Part shown: in pieces, positions 39,533 to 49,073 of the stretch
Numbering within the stretch: position 1 is the stretch's first letter
Layout: each line of letters opens with the position of its first letter
Assembly (NCBI GenBank): GCA_964571255.1
Contig: CAZNAA010000001.1
Coordinates: 487,674 to 551,673 of the forward strand
Source: an uncultured Gammaproteobacteria bacterium
GTDB taxonomy: Bacteria > Patescibacteriota > Microgenomatia > Levybacterales > UBA12049
DNA length: 64,000 nt
Direction: 5' to 3'
The notes under the pieces: model-generated
The model's database searches: none
What the model saw: the letters and a program-made list of their open reading frames with translations, nothing else
What the model was told of the DNA's origin: nothing
Position numbers and translations under genes: made by a program

Positions 39533-39626
39533 ACATAGAAGCTGATACAGCTTCAGGCTGTAGTATGTGTTGCCACTGTTCCAGCGAACTTCGAATCAGG
39601 TTCCAATTAAAAAACATTTGGGTCAC
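39509..39626 (+). repeat. Imperfect direct repeat copy R1 (overlaps the last 8 codons of the hydrolase gene and extends about 95 bp downstream)
   Basis: GATTCTAATTCCTATGGTAGTTAAAC...GAAGCTG...CCACTGTTCCAGCGAACT...GGTTCCAATTAAAAAACATTTGGGTCAC recurs at 40604 and partially at 41408. Confidence 0.65.
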
Positions 39627-39641
39627 ACGCTCAGAGAGTAC

Positions 39642-40586
39642 TTAGCCTACTCTACAAGGCGCTGGAATATTTGGATCTACCTTCCAAACATCCATATCTC
39701 CTCGATGAAACCTGCAATTATACATATCAAAAGGCAGTCCCATTAAAGTAGCATCAGGGGGAATAATTACATCATCCATTGCGTAAAGAAATGCCCAATA
39801 GGTAGGATCTCTATCAATATAGTTTCTCCAAGGATTCAAGTTGAATTCAATATCACCCTTTGCTACAACTGCTTTTATCTTACCTGCAATTACTTCCTTA
39901 TGAATAGTGTTTCTTCTAATAACGCCTGCCGGAAATTGTTCTCCTACTGATGCCCATTCTCTTTTTTTTCTCAGATATGAATGTGTCTTTTCTGGGGAGT
40001 ACCATGTTGCTGAAGCTAGATGAGCAGCAGATGTCCAAGCCTCTCTTTCAAAAACAGGTGCGTACGGTTGCGGCTTATGTTGTTGGACGAGTTCATGAAT
40101 TTTTGTCACCCACTCTGGTTGCAATCCGTAAAAGACAGAACCTTCAAAAAAACCAAGTTGTGCAATCATCTCAGGAAGCATATCACTGATAAAAGTTGGG
40201 CCAGTGAGAGGATGATAAGCTTTGTTACCGTTATTTAATCCTTCAGCAGTAACTCTCCAATCAACATTTGAGGATACTCCTTTAAGATATGGAGAAAACT
40301 CTTGTCCTAATTCAAATGTTTGATTTTCTACTACTACTCCAGGAACTAACTCTTGAGGTCCTGGTTTTCGATATCGATAAAACTCATTGTAGGATGCAAG
40401 GAGTGTTCGTAAACTTCCTCCAACCTCTTGAGCAGTCACTCCCAGAGCTTCTAATATAGCTCTGTCACGAGCAACTACAACATCAAAAGACTCTCCTTTA
40501 GCAAGGTATTCTCCATTCCCGAACTCTCTATAGGCCTGAGTATAATTATATTCTGATGGATCTACTATTTCATGCCTGTAACTCAT
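39642..40586 (-). CDS. Hypothetical protein (314 aa), atypical composition
   Basis: Long ORF with clearly higher GC and fewer Lys/Ile than neighbours. No family recognised by eye. Bracketed by repeat copies R1 and R2. TATAAT plus 5 nt upstream of the ATG. Confidence 0.6.
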   Translation of the reverse strand: MSYRHEIVDPSEYNYTQAYREFGNGEYLAKGESFDVVVARDRAILEALGVTAQEVGGSLRTLLASYNEFYRYRKPGPQELVPGVVVENQTFELGQEFSPYLKGVSSNVDWRVTAEGLNNGNKAYHPLTGPTFISDMLPEMIAQLGFFEGSVFYGLQPEWVTKIHELVQQHKPQPYAPVFEREAWTSAAHLASATWYSPEKTHSYLRKKREWASVGEQFPAGVIRRNTIHKEVIAGKIKAVVAKGDIEFNLNPWRNYIDRDPTYWAFLYAMDDVIIPPDATLMGLPFDMYNCRFHRGDMDVWKVDPNIPAPCRVG

Positions 40587-40603
40587 TGAGGAATTATAGC
40601 ATT

Positions 40604-40722
40604 GATTTTACTTCCTATTGGTAGTTAAACTAAGAAGCTAAAGTGGTTTCACTTTGAATAATACTTTTCCACTGCTCGAGTGAACTACGTATCTGGTTCC
40701 AATTCGAAAACATTTGGGTCAC
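40604..40722 (+). repeat. Imperfect direct repeat copy R2
   Basis: About 75% identical to R1 over about 118 bp, including the duplicated hydrolase 3'-end codons and the CATTTGGGTCAC tail. Confidence 0.65.
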
Positions 40723-40971
40723 TTAGTCTTATAGTTTGCATTTTTCTCTTCTGAGGCGTATAATCTTCTTAGTTTTAGGCTTGAACTGTTTCTAATTGCA
40801 GAAGTTTAGTAGAACCTAAAATAGTTTAATTCTCTTGCACATTAATAGTTGTGGAAATAAGCCTGCTTTTTCTGAAGCCAGTAGATAGGGAAAGAACTAC
40901 TTCTTTTTCTGTTTACTCGCTTCAGAACCTACCGGGGAGTCTCGGTTAGCAAAGAAGCGGAGGAGGAAAGA

Positions 40972-41331
40972 ATGGAACTAGCAGCGTTGCTCCAAGAGCT
41001 CTTTGGAGCAGAAAACGGGATTACCATTAATCCCGAGCAAATTCCAACACACGACCAGGTGATTGCTACGGTAGGACATATGCAACTCGTTGCTTGGAGG
41101 ATTTATATTATCGTGACCCCAAAGGACACACATAGGATACGCTTCCATGTCAAGGGGAAGCGAGGATATAAGCCCACCCCGTCCCAGATTAAGCGAGCGT
41201 TGAGTGGGTTAACGCTTGTGGCAAGGAAGGGAGAGGATGAGCCAATACCACTTAACTGGAGTCCTATCACCGGGTGGTATGAGGGAAACTTGCCGGAAGG
41301 GCAAGTAACAATCATGCCAGTAATTCCATAA
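40972..41331 (+). CDS. Hypothetical protein (119 aa), GC-rich relative to the window
   Basis: About 50% GC ORF in a 33% GC window. Strong GGAGGAGG Shine-Dalgarno 6 nt upstream, unlike the leaderless native genes. Followed by a GC-rich imperfect hairpin at 41357-41388. No recognisable family. Confidence 0.5.
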   Translation: MELAALLQELFGAENGITINPEQIPTHDQVIATVGHMQLVAWRIYIIVTPKDTHRIRFHVKGKRGYKPTPSQIKRALSGLTLVARKGEDEPIPLNWSPITGWYEGNLPEGQVTIMPVIP

Positions 41332-41407
41332 TCAAGCAAGAGAAAGGTGATCCCCGGCATCGCGCTGGGGGTCACCTGACTCTCAATTTCACAATTAGTT
41401 CATCTAT

Positions 41408-41482
41408 GATTCTAATTCTTATTGGTATTTGAAATGGGAAGCTGTACTGAGTTCAGGATTAACTACTTGTTCCACTGCTCAG
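41408..41482 (+). repeat. Truncated, more diverged third repeat copy R3
   Basis: GATTCTAATTCTTATTGGTATTTGAAATGGGAAGCTGTACTGAGTTCAGG...GTTCCACTGCTCAG aligns with the first about 75 bp of R1/R2 and lacks the 3' tail. Confidence 0.45.
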
Positions 41483-41761
41483 ATTTATCTTCATCCTATA
41501 TAGTTCATTAGATAGAGGAATCTTCAGTAAAGATTTTTTCGTTTGGGGAACATGGTCTGCACCAAAATATGCTTGAAGTTCCTGATAGCTATTATTTTCG
41601 TTAGCCAACTGTGCACTAGAACATTTCTTTGTTCAGTAGTATGCTCACTTGCAATTGGTCCTCCTTCCCTTGCGGCATCATCTACCTGTAATACTAATGG
41701 CTCAACTTCTGCTTTTACAACTTGATCAGGATAATTCTGTACAAAGACCAACTCTAGATGA

Positions 41762-42229
41762 TATGGTAGTACTATAAAATTCCTTCTTATAAGTTTTATT
41801 TTTATTCTCTTTTTTCCATCTCATGTAAAAGCCGAGGGAATTTATACTACTGATAAACTCATTACCGTAGATATTGGTTCTCAGACTCTTACCGCTTGGG
41901 AAGGAGGAAAAGTTCAACATACAACAAAAGTATCTACTGGAATGTATCTGACTCCCACTGTAAAAGGAGGATTTAAGATTAAAACAAAGCTTCTAAAACA
42001 AGATATGAAGGGACCTTCTCCTTACAAAGCGTATCATCCTAACGGAAAGTATTATATAAAAGACGTTCCTCACGTTATGTATTTTTACCAAGCCTATGCT
42101 TTCCACGGAGCATACTGGCATAACAATTTTGGATCACGCGCAAGTCATGGATGTGTTAACCTTCCTCTCACCTCTGCTGAGTGGTTATATAACTGGGCAC
42201 AAGTAGGGACTCGAGTAGAAATCTTCTAA
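41762..42229 (+). CDS. L,D-transpeptidase (YkuD domain) with signal peptide; start codon out of frame (possible frameshift or pseudogene)
   Basis: In-frame translation upstream of the track ORF (41942) gives the signal-peptide-like KFLLISFIFILFFPSHVKA, then ITVDIGSQTLTAWEGGKVQHTTKVSTGM. Downstream is the catalytic motif HGAYWHNNFGSRASHGCVNL. The only upstream ATG (41758) is offset by one nucleotide from this frame. Confidence 0.6.
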   Translation, partial: YGSTIKFLLISFIFILFFPSHVKAEGIYTTDKLITVDIGSQTLTAWEGGKVQHTTKVSTGMYLTPTVKGGFKIKTKLLKQDMKGPSPYKAYHPNGKYYIKDVPHVMYFYQAYAFHGAYWHNNFGSRASHGCVNLPLTSAEWLYNWAQVGTRVEIF

Positions 42230-42251
42230 TACCTATTCTGTATATCTAGTC

Positions 42252-43370
42252 TCACTTTTGCTTAATTCGTTGAGCAAGTAGTTCATAGACTGAGTCGATT
42301 CCTAAATCAGTTTTGACTGAAATAAAGAGTGGTTCATGTTCTCCGTATTTCTCTAAGACTTTTTCTCTATCTAACTTAGATGCTCTATCCACTTTATTAA
42401 AGATATAAATAGAATCGGTAATATCTCTTCCTAAGTCTTTTAAGATATCATTCACCACATCAATTTTAAACTCATATTCTGGATCTGAAATATCAATAAC
42501 ATGAAGAAGAATATCTGCATGAATTGACTCCATAAGTGTTGATCTAAAAGCTCCGATAAGACGAGGTGGTAAGTTTCGAATGAATCCAATGGTATCTGTT
42601 AACAATACTTCCTGTTCAATTTGTGGCAGATAAAACTTCCCAACGGTACTATCAAGGGTTGCAAAAAGAGCATTTTCAACCAGTACATCCTTTTTGGTTA
42701 GTTTATTAAACAAAGAGCTCTTCCCAGCATTGGTATAGCCAACAATGGATACTGTTTTTAAGCCAGATCTTCTCCTGGCATCTACTTGATCCTCTTTACT
42801 CTTCGCAATTTTTTCTAACTTATCATTGACACTTTTTATCTCGTCTCTCCAGTGCCGTTTCATAAGCTCTGTATTTGTTTCTCCTACTCCCAAGGTCCCA
42901 ATTCCCCCTCCTTGTCGAGACAATACAAATCCCATGCCATAAATTCGAGGTCCCATATACCTCATTCGGGCGAGTTGAATTTGCAATTTTGATTCAGTGG
43001 TTACAGCATGCTTATCAAAAATTTGTAAGATCAAATCAACCCTATCCCATACTTCAATAGCAGGATTCGCTTTTTGAAAAGCTGTTTTAAGAGCATGAAT
43101 TTGACGAGGTTTTGCAATAGCATTAAGTACTACCACATCAACGTGAATCTCCTTCATCCGTTGAAGAACCATCTCAACCTTTCCTCTCCCAATATAGGTT
43201 CCGTTATGAGGGTTATCAAGTTTTTGGATGACTCGATCAACAATCACACCACCTAAGGTAGTGATGAGAGATTCTAACTCTTCTCCCACATGAATTGAGC
43301 GCTCTGTATTCGCTTGTGGGTTGATCACATGAATAGGGAGTACTTTAATCGTTTTCTTAACGTCTAGCAT
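42252..43370 (-). CDS. hflX: GTPase HflX
   Basis: HflX N-domain followed by G-domain G1 VSIVGYTNAGKSSLFN, G3 DTIGF, G4 NKVD. TGGTATAAT plus 6 nt before the ATG. Confidence 0.85.
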   Translation of the reverse strand: MLDVKKTIKVLPIHVINPQANTERSIHVGEELESLITTLGGVIVDRVIQKLDNPHNGTYIGRGKVEMVLQRMKEIHVDVVVLNAIAKPRQIHALKTAFQKANPAIEVWDRVDLILQIFDKHAVTTESKLQIQLARMRYMGPRIYGMGFVLSRQGGGIGTLGVGETNTELMKRHWRDEIKSVNDKLEKIAKSKEDQVDARRRSGLKTVSIVGYTNAGKSSLFNKLTKKDVLVENALFATLDSTVGKFYLPQIEQEVLLTDTIGFIRNLPPRLIGAFRSTLMESIHADILLHVIDISDPEYEFKIDVVNDILKDLGRDITDSIYIFNKVDRASKLDREKVLEKYGEHEPLFISVKTDLGIDSVYELLAQRIKQK

Positions 43371-43534
43371 AGATTCATTATACCATCTATAGGCTTATCA
43401 AAAACTTGAGTCATGAAAAAAGGGATAAAAAGAAGTCTTTAGAATTAATATTTCAGCCTTAAAGGGAAGGTTTTAAATGTTTTCTCAACTCCTGTTTTTT
43501 TCTCAATCCCTTTTGGAGTAAATACAATAAAAAT

Positions 43535-45928
43535 TTAGTCTGCTTGTACTGGAACACGCATGACACGTTGTTGAGTTGGTTTTGTCTCAACTGGTTTTAC
43601 GGGCTTAATCTGTTTTGTTAAGGCAAGCTTTAAGACCTCATCCATATGAGAGACAAATTCAAAAGTTAAATCCTCAAGTACTTCTTTTGGAACATCTTCT
43701 AAATCCTTTTTATTATCCTTTGGAAGAATAAGAGTTTTTAGCCCTGCACGATGTGCTGCAATAACTTTTTCTTTTACTCCACCAATTTCCAAGGCTCGTC
43801 CTCTCAAAGTTACCTCACCAGTCATTGCTACTGTTCTTTTGACTGGAATTTTTGTTAAAGCTGAAACAATAGCAGTAGTAATCGCAAGCCCAGCTGATGG
43901 ACCATCTTTTGGAACTGCTCCCTCAGGAACGTGAATATGAATATCAATCTTTTGATAGAAGCGTTCTGGAATTCCCATCTCTCCAGCTCTTGCTCGAATA
44001 TACGATAACGCAGCTTGGCCTGATTCTTTCATCACATCACCTAACTGTCCGGTTAAGATAAGATTTCCCCGTCCTGGCATTAAGGCTACTTCAATAAACA
44101 TAATCTCTCCTCCTGCTTCAGTCCAAGCAAGACCAGTTGACATTCCAATCTCATCTTTCTTCTCAATCATTGAGGCACTGTGTCTTGCAGGTCCCAAGTA
44201 GGTTGGAATATCTTTAGGAGTAATAGTGACTTTCTTCTTATTTCCTTCAGCAACTACTCGAGCAATTTTTCTAAAGACTGCAGCAATACGACGTTCCAAA
44301 TTTCGAACTCCTGCTTCTCTGGTGTAATGTTGAATAATAAATTGAATTGCTCCGTCAGTGAGATTAACCTTTTTCTCTTTAAGTCCATTCATTTCCAATT
44401 GTTTTTTAAGTAAATACTCTTTTGCAATCTTAAACTTTTCATCATGGGTATATCCTGCAAATTGAATAACCTCTAATCTATCTCTTAGTGCTGGAGGAAT
44501 GGTATCCAAAAGATTAGCTGTTGTAATAAAGAGTACATTGGATAGATCAAATGGCACTTCTAGATAGTGATCGGAAAATTCAATGTTTTGTTCTGGATCT
44601 AGTGCTTCAAGCAGAGCACTGGATGGATCTCCTCGAAAATCAGCTCCCACTTTATCAATCTCGTCCAGCATAAATACAGGATTATTCGTTCCTGAATCTT
44701 TGATTCCTTGGATAATTCTTCCAGGAAGTGCACCTACATACGTACGTCTATGTCCTCTGATTTCAGCTTCATCTCGAATTCCACCAAGAGAAACTCTGAC
44801 AAATTTTCGATTAAGTGACTTGGCAATAGATTTACCAATGGACGTTTTTCCAACTCCTGGAGGACCTACGAAACAAAGGATTGGTCCTTTCATTTTTCCA
44901 GCAAGTTGCTGTACTGCTAAGTATTCAAGAATACGTTCTTTGGCTTTTTTGAGTCCAAAGTGGTCTTGATTTAAAATTTCCTCAGAAGTTTTGATATCAA
45001 TAGGCTCACCTGGCTCTGTATTCCATGGAAGACTCACTAGCCAATCAACATAATTTCTAATATATCCAGCTTCTGGATTATATTGATTCATGTTTTGAAG
45101 TTTTTTAATTTCTTTTCTAACCTTTTCCTCAACGTCTTCTGGCATTTTGGCTTCTTTCACTTTGAAAAGAAGTTCTTTGATCTCATCATCTTCCTCTCCT
45201 AGTTCTTTCTCAATTGTTTTAAGCCTCTCTCTAAGCATGGCCTCTCTTGCGCCTTTTTCAAATCGCTCTTGAGTTTTTGAGGCAATTCGCCGCTCAAGCT
45301 CTAATACTTTGATTTCTTTCGCTAGAAGTTCTGTAATCTTTTGCAATCGAAGCTTGACATTAGTCATTTCCAAAAGGAGTTGACGCTCTTGAGGTTTGAT
45401 ATCCAAAGCTGAAGCAATATAGTCAGAGAGCTCAGATGCTGACTCCACAGACATGATATTCATAAAAACAAGAAAGTCAGCGGTTTTGCCATAATTCATT
45501 GCTTTTCTGAATTCATTTCGCAAATGATTACAAAGCGCTTCAATTTCAGGAGAAGTTTCTAACTCATCCTCAAGTTCCACAACTCGAGCCATAAGATAGG
45601 AATCATATTGTTCAAATCCTACGATTTTGACTCGAACCAGTCCTCTAACTTGAGCATTAATCTCTCCATCAGCTCTAATCATTCGCTCAATTCGAGAAAG
45701 CGTTCCAATACTATAGAGGTCTTCAATGCTTGGATCATTTAGCCTTGCGTTTTTTTGCAGCACAAAACAAACGACACGCTCTTGTTGAGAAAAAGATGAT
45801 TCAAGGGCTGCTAAACTTTTTGGTCTGCCAAACGTCAAGACTGAGTCTGTATGGGGAAATATTATACCGTCGCGGATAGGGATTACCGGAACCAATCTTT
45901 CTGTGGGCACTTTTTCAGAGTAGTTCAT
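43535..45928 (-). CDS. lon: ATP-dependent Lon protease
   Basis: LON N-domain, AAA+ Walker A GPPGVGKTS, protease domain PKDGPSAG with the Ser-Lys dyad context; 797 aa. Confidence 0.95.
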   Translation of the reverse strand: MNYSEKVPTERLVPVIPIRDGIIFPHTDSVLTFGRPKSLAALESSFSQQERVVCFVLQKNARLNDPSIEDLYSIGTLSRIERMIRADGEINAQVRGLVRVKIVGFEQYDSYLMARVVELEDELETSPEIEALCNHLRNEFRKAMNYGKTADFLVFMNIMSVESASELSDYIASALDIKPQERQLLLEMTNVKLRLQKITELLAKEIKVLELERRIASKTQERFEKGAREAMLRERLKTIEKELGEEDDEIKELLFKVKEAKMPEDVEEKVRKEIKKLQNMNQYNPEAGYIRNYVDWLVSLPWNTEPGEPIDIKTSEEILNQDHFGLKKAKERILEYLAVQQLAGKMKGPILCFVGPPGVGKTSIGKSIAKSLNRKFVRVSLGGIRDEAEIRGHRRTYVGALPGRIIQGIKDSGTNNPVFMLDEIDKVGADFRGDPSSALLEALDPEQNIEFSDHYLEVPFDLSNVLFITTANLLDTIPPALRDRLEVIQFAGYTHDEKFKIAKEYLLKKQLEMNGLKEKKVNLTDGAIQFIIQHYTREAGVRNLERRIAAVFRKIARVVAEGNKKKVTITPKDIPTYLGPARHSASMIEKKDEIGMSTGLAWTEAGGEIMFIEVALMPGRGNLILTGQLGDVMKESGQAALSYIRARAGEMGIPERFYQKIDIHIHVPEGAVPKDGPSAGLAITTAIVSALTKIPVKRTVAMTGEVTLRGRALEIGGVKEKVIAAHRAGLKTLILPKDNKKDLEDVPKEVLEDLTFEFVSHMDEVLKLALTKQIKPVKPVETKPTQQRVMRVPVQAD

Positions 45929-46002
45929 AAAATTGTATTAGCACTCTATCATAGGAGTTGCTAGCTGTCAAGTGGCGGATTGTCCAAAAATGACGAAAAA
46001 AC

Positions 46003-47481
46003 CTAAAAAGAAGAGTAATTTTCTAGGTCATCAGGAATCCAGTATTTAATCATATTCTCAGGAAGAAACATAATTCTATTTGGAGCTAAACCCTGCACAA
46101 ACTCATCGGTATGACTGACAAAAAGCATAGCACCCTTATAACTTTTTAACGCTTCAAGAATAATCTTTTGAGAAACAATATCTAAGTAGGTTGTTGGTTC
46201 ATCCAAAATCAAAAGGTTATAATTTTGAAGCATCAAAAGAGCAATGGATAATCTCGTTTTTTCTCCTCCAGAAAGTGTTCCTACTGTTTGATAGATACGA
46301 TTATGTAAAAAATTGAATTTTGCCAAAATTGGTCGGGTTTGCGTAAGAGGTAAATCACACTTCTCCTCAACAGTTTGCATAACTGTCTTACTAAAGTCAA
46401 AGGTTTCAAATTCTTGAGAATAATAACCAATGTGTAAATTAGTATCTTTAATCACTTCTCCACTATCTGGCTCTATTCGTTCCATGAGAATTTTAATAAA
46501 GGTTGATTTCCCCGCTCCGTTTGGTCCATAAAGGGCAATGCGCTCCCCTCTTCTTATGGATAGCGTTACGTCAGAGAGAATTTGAGTTTCTCCATAACTT
46601 TTGAAAATATTTTTCGCACTCAGTGGAATTTCACTCGTATGAATTGGTTCAGGAAGGGTGAATTTAATATGGGCAATTTCTTTTGGCAACTCAGGAAGGG
46701 ATTGAGTCACTCGGTCAATTCGAGTTTGAACATTTGCCCGTGCCCGTGCCCCCTTGGCTGAGCTCATACGAGCCATTTTTAGTAAACTTTTTTTCATCCT
46801 AGCAATCTCTTTTTGGTCATTTTCATATTTTTTCTTGAGGTTTTCTTCATTACTCCCTTTGACTTGAAGGTACTTTGTATAGTTTCCTTTATATTCCTCA
46901 ATCTTTTTTGTACTAGGATTAACAGCAATCACTTTATCAATATGATGATCTAAGAGGTTAATGTCATGAGATATCACAATAAGAGTATTTGGATATTCAC
47001 TCAAAAAATTCATTATCCATTCTTTTCCTTCGGTATCTAAAAAGTTTGTTGGTTCATCAAGAAGTAAAACATCTGGTTCGTCAATTATAGCTCGAAGAAG
47101 AGCCAGTTTGGTTCGTTGTCCTCCACTCAGAAGCTTTGGAGTAACCTCTAAGTCTGCATTCATTTCCATAGAGTGAAGCATCATCATAAGCTCCCAATCT
47201 TCCTTTTTTTCCTGTGGATTAATGTACTCCCGGATAGTTCTTGCACTTTCAAGAAGAGGGTCATGTTTAATTTCTTGAGGAACATAGCCAACAGATCCCA
47301 GAATCTGTAACTTTCCTCCTGTTGGATGTTCTTCTCCTTTTAATAGCTTAAAAAGAGTCGATTTTCCTGCTCCGTTTGGTCCGACAAGCGCGACAATTTC
47401 CCCTTTTTGGATGGAAAAGCTTGAGTCTTGATAGACAGTGAGCTTTGAATAGCTATATGAAAGATTTTTAGCTGTGATCAT
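46003..47481 (-). CDS. ABC-F family ATPase (two tandem ABC domains, no TM domain)
   Basis: Two Walker A motifs GPNGAGKST, two LSGGQ/LSGGE signatures, and a charged inter-domain linker. Confidence 0.85.
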   Translation of the reverse strand: MITAKNLSYSYSKLTVYQDSSFSIQKGEIVALVGPNGAGKSTLFKLLKGEEHPTGGKLQILGSVGYVPQEIKHDPLLESARTIREYINPQEKKEDWELMMMLHSMEMNADLEVTPKLLSGGQRTKLALLRAIIDEPDVLLLDEPTNFLDTEGKEWIMNFLSEYPNTLIVISHDINLLDHHIDKVIAVNPSTKKIEEYKGNYTKYLQVKGSNEENLKKKYENDQKEIARMKKSLLKMARMSSAKGARARANVQTRIDRVTQSLPELPKEIAHIKFTLPEPIHTSEIPLSAKNIFKSYGETQILSDVTLSIRRGERIALYGPNGAGKSTFIKILMERIEPDSGEVIKDTNLHIGYYSQEFETFDFSKTVMQTVEEKCDLPLTQTRPILAKFNFLHNRIYQTVGTLSGGEKTRLSIALLMLQNYNLLILDEPTTYLDIVSQKIILEALKSYKGAMLFVSHTDEFVQGLAPNRIMFLPENMIKYWIPDDLENYSSF

Positions 47482-47800
47482 AATGTATTTTTACCTTTAC
47501 AAACAGTACGGGTAATATTCTTCAGAAGGAAAACTTCTTGTGAAGATAGTTTGAAGTATTAGGTATTTACCTCTTCGATTATATCAGAAAACTCATACTT
47601 ATGGGTCTTTTATGCTAATTCACTTAAAGTAATTTTTACCTAGGTAAAGAATCAGTTTTACGTATTTTATGGAAAAATTAGAGATTGTATTGTCAATAAC
47701 TCTCTCCTTTAGCTTAAAAACTTGATTTTTCTGTAAGAACCTTTACTATTAACCTAGTCCTATCCAAAAAACAATAAAAAATATTTTTTAAAGGAAGGAG

Positions 47801-48076
47801 GTGAATATGTCTAAATCAGCACAATCACGAATTATTTCAAGTATTATTGGTGCAGCAATTGGAGCGGCTGCAGGAGCGTTAGCTACTGCTCTTACCGACG
47901 AGAAGAAAAAAAAGATGATTAAAAAAACTCTTGCCGAGGCAAAGAAATCTTTACAACAAAAAATTGACGAAATTGTTGAACTTGCAGGAGATGAAGGAAA
48001 AGAAGTGTTAGAGAAAGTAAAACAAAAAGCTCTTAGAAAACCAGCTAAAAAAATTAAAACTAAGGTAAAAGCATAA
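47801..48076 (+). CDS. YtxH-like (DUF948) small protein, N-terminal glycine-zipper helix plus coiled coil
   Basis: IIGAAIGAAAGALATAL followed by a Lys/Glu-rich helix; GGAGG Shine-Dalgarno 7 nt upstream. Confidence 0.5.
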   Translation: MNMSKSAQSRIISSIIGAAIGAAAGALATALTDEKKKKMIKKTLAEAKKSLQQKIDEIVELAGDEGKEVLEKVKQKALRKPAKKIKTKVKA

Positions 48077-48113
48077 TACGTTTCTTCTTTTTTAACTCAG
48101 GTTACGTTTAATA

Positions 48114-49052
48114 CTATAAATTGCTTATTTCACTTTTTAGTGAATCTAGATAATGTATTCGTTGGATTTCATTTTCGTTTCCATAAAGCAGACGATTACT
48201 CCAGTCTTCAATTTCTGAGAGATTCCATCTTATACGATAAAATTTTAAAATATTTTCATCCAAAGTAAATTTTCCAACAATGCTTTCATATCCTTCTGTT
48301 AAAGATGGAGTATTTTCAATCATAAAGAAATCTTTTTCTTTTGGAGCCAATAATACGCCATCCCAATCAACTAAATATATTTTCCTTTGCTCATCAACCA
48401 TAATATTCCATCCATGAGGATCAGAATGACAAATAACAAACTCTATCCGTTTTTCTTTGAGTGAATTACTTATTTCTTCTAATACATCTAACTTTTGTAT
48501 TATCTTTTCTTTATTAATTTGTAATAATACTCTTGCCTCTTTTTCTTCTTTATTCTCTTCTTCGGAAGAAAAATCAGATAGACACCTGATCAGACTTGTT
48601 TTAAAATCCAAAGAGAAAGTTTCTTTTAATTCCAGTTTCCCTATTACTTCATCAGCTTTATGAAGTTTTCCTAACAAGACTCCTAATTCAAATTGCTGAT
48701 CCGTATCAAGAGGTGTATCAGCAACAATGTTTCCATTAATAAATGGAAACATTGCAGTCGGATAGGAATCAAGAAAGAAAAATGCTTGGTTTGTCTTCGT
48801 CTTAATCGGATATACGATCGAATTAATTCCACATTCTTCATGAAGTCTCAATAATACTTGCAGCCTAATATCAGGTGACTGTATCCCAGTATGAATTTTG
48901 AGAAAGTATATCTTGTGATCAGAAGATTCAACTTTATACCCCCAAGAGCATTCTCCTCCCTTCATGAAGGCAAGTGAGGTAACTTCAAGGCCATAGTGCG
49001 TAGAGATGCTATGAAGAATAGAACTGATAGAGATAGAAGGCTCTGTAAGCAT
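48114..49052 (-). CDS. Phosphotransferase-enzyme-family small-molecule kinase (APH/choline-kinase-like)
   Basis: Brenner motif HSDPHGWNIMV and an IDWDG (DFG-equivalent) motif. Confidence 0.65.
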   Translation of the reverse strand: MLTEPSISISSILHSISTHYGLEVTSLAFMKGGECSWGYKVESSDHKIYFLKIHTGIQSPDIRLQVLLRLHEECGINSIVYPIKTKTNQAFFFLDSYPTAMFPFINGNIVADTPLDTDQQFELGVLLGKLHKADEVIGKLELKETFSLDFKTSLIRCLSDFSSEEENKEEKEARVLLQINKEKIIQKLDVLEEISNSLKEKRIEFVICHSDPHGWNIMVDEQRKIYLVDWDGVLLAPKEKDFFMIENTPSLTEGYESIVGKFTLDENILKFYRIRWNLSEIEDWSNRLLYGNENEIQRIHYLDSLKSEISNL

Positions 49053-49073
49053 ACTGAATAGTATATTCTATAC

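Noticed and set aside
41524-41920. Track ORFs 41524..41751(-), 41543..41725(+), 41726..41920(-)
   Set aside because: They are mutually overlapping and short, with no motifs. The 41762..41941 part is actually the in-frame signal-peptide region of the L,D-transpeptidase. 41524..41751 could be a remnant of an older cassette gene but cannot be supported.
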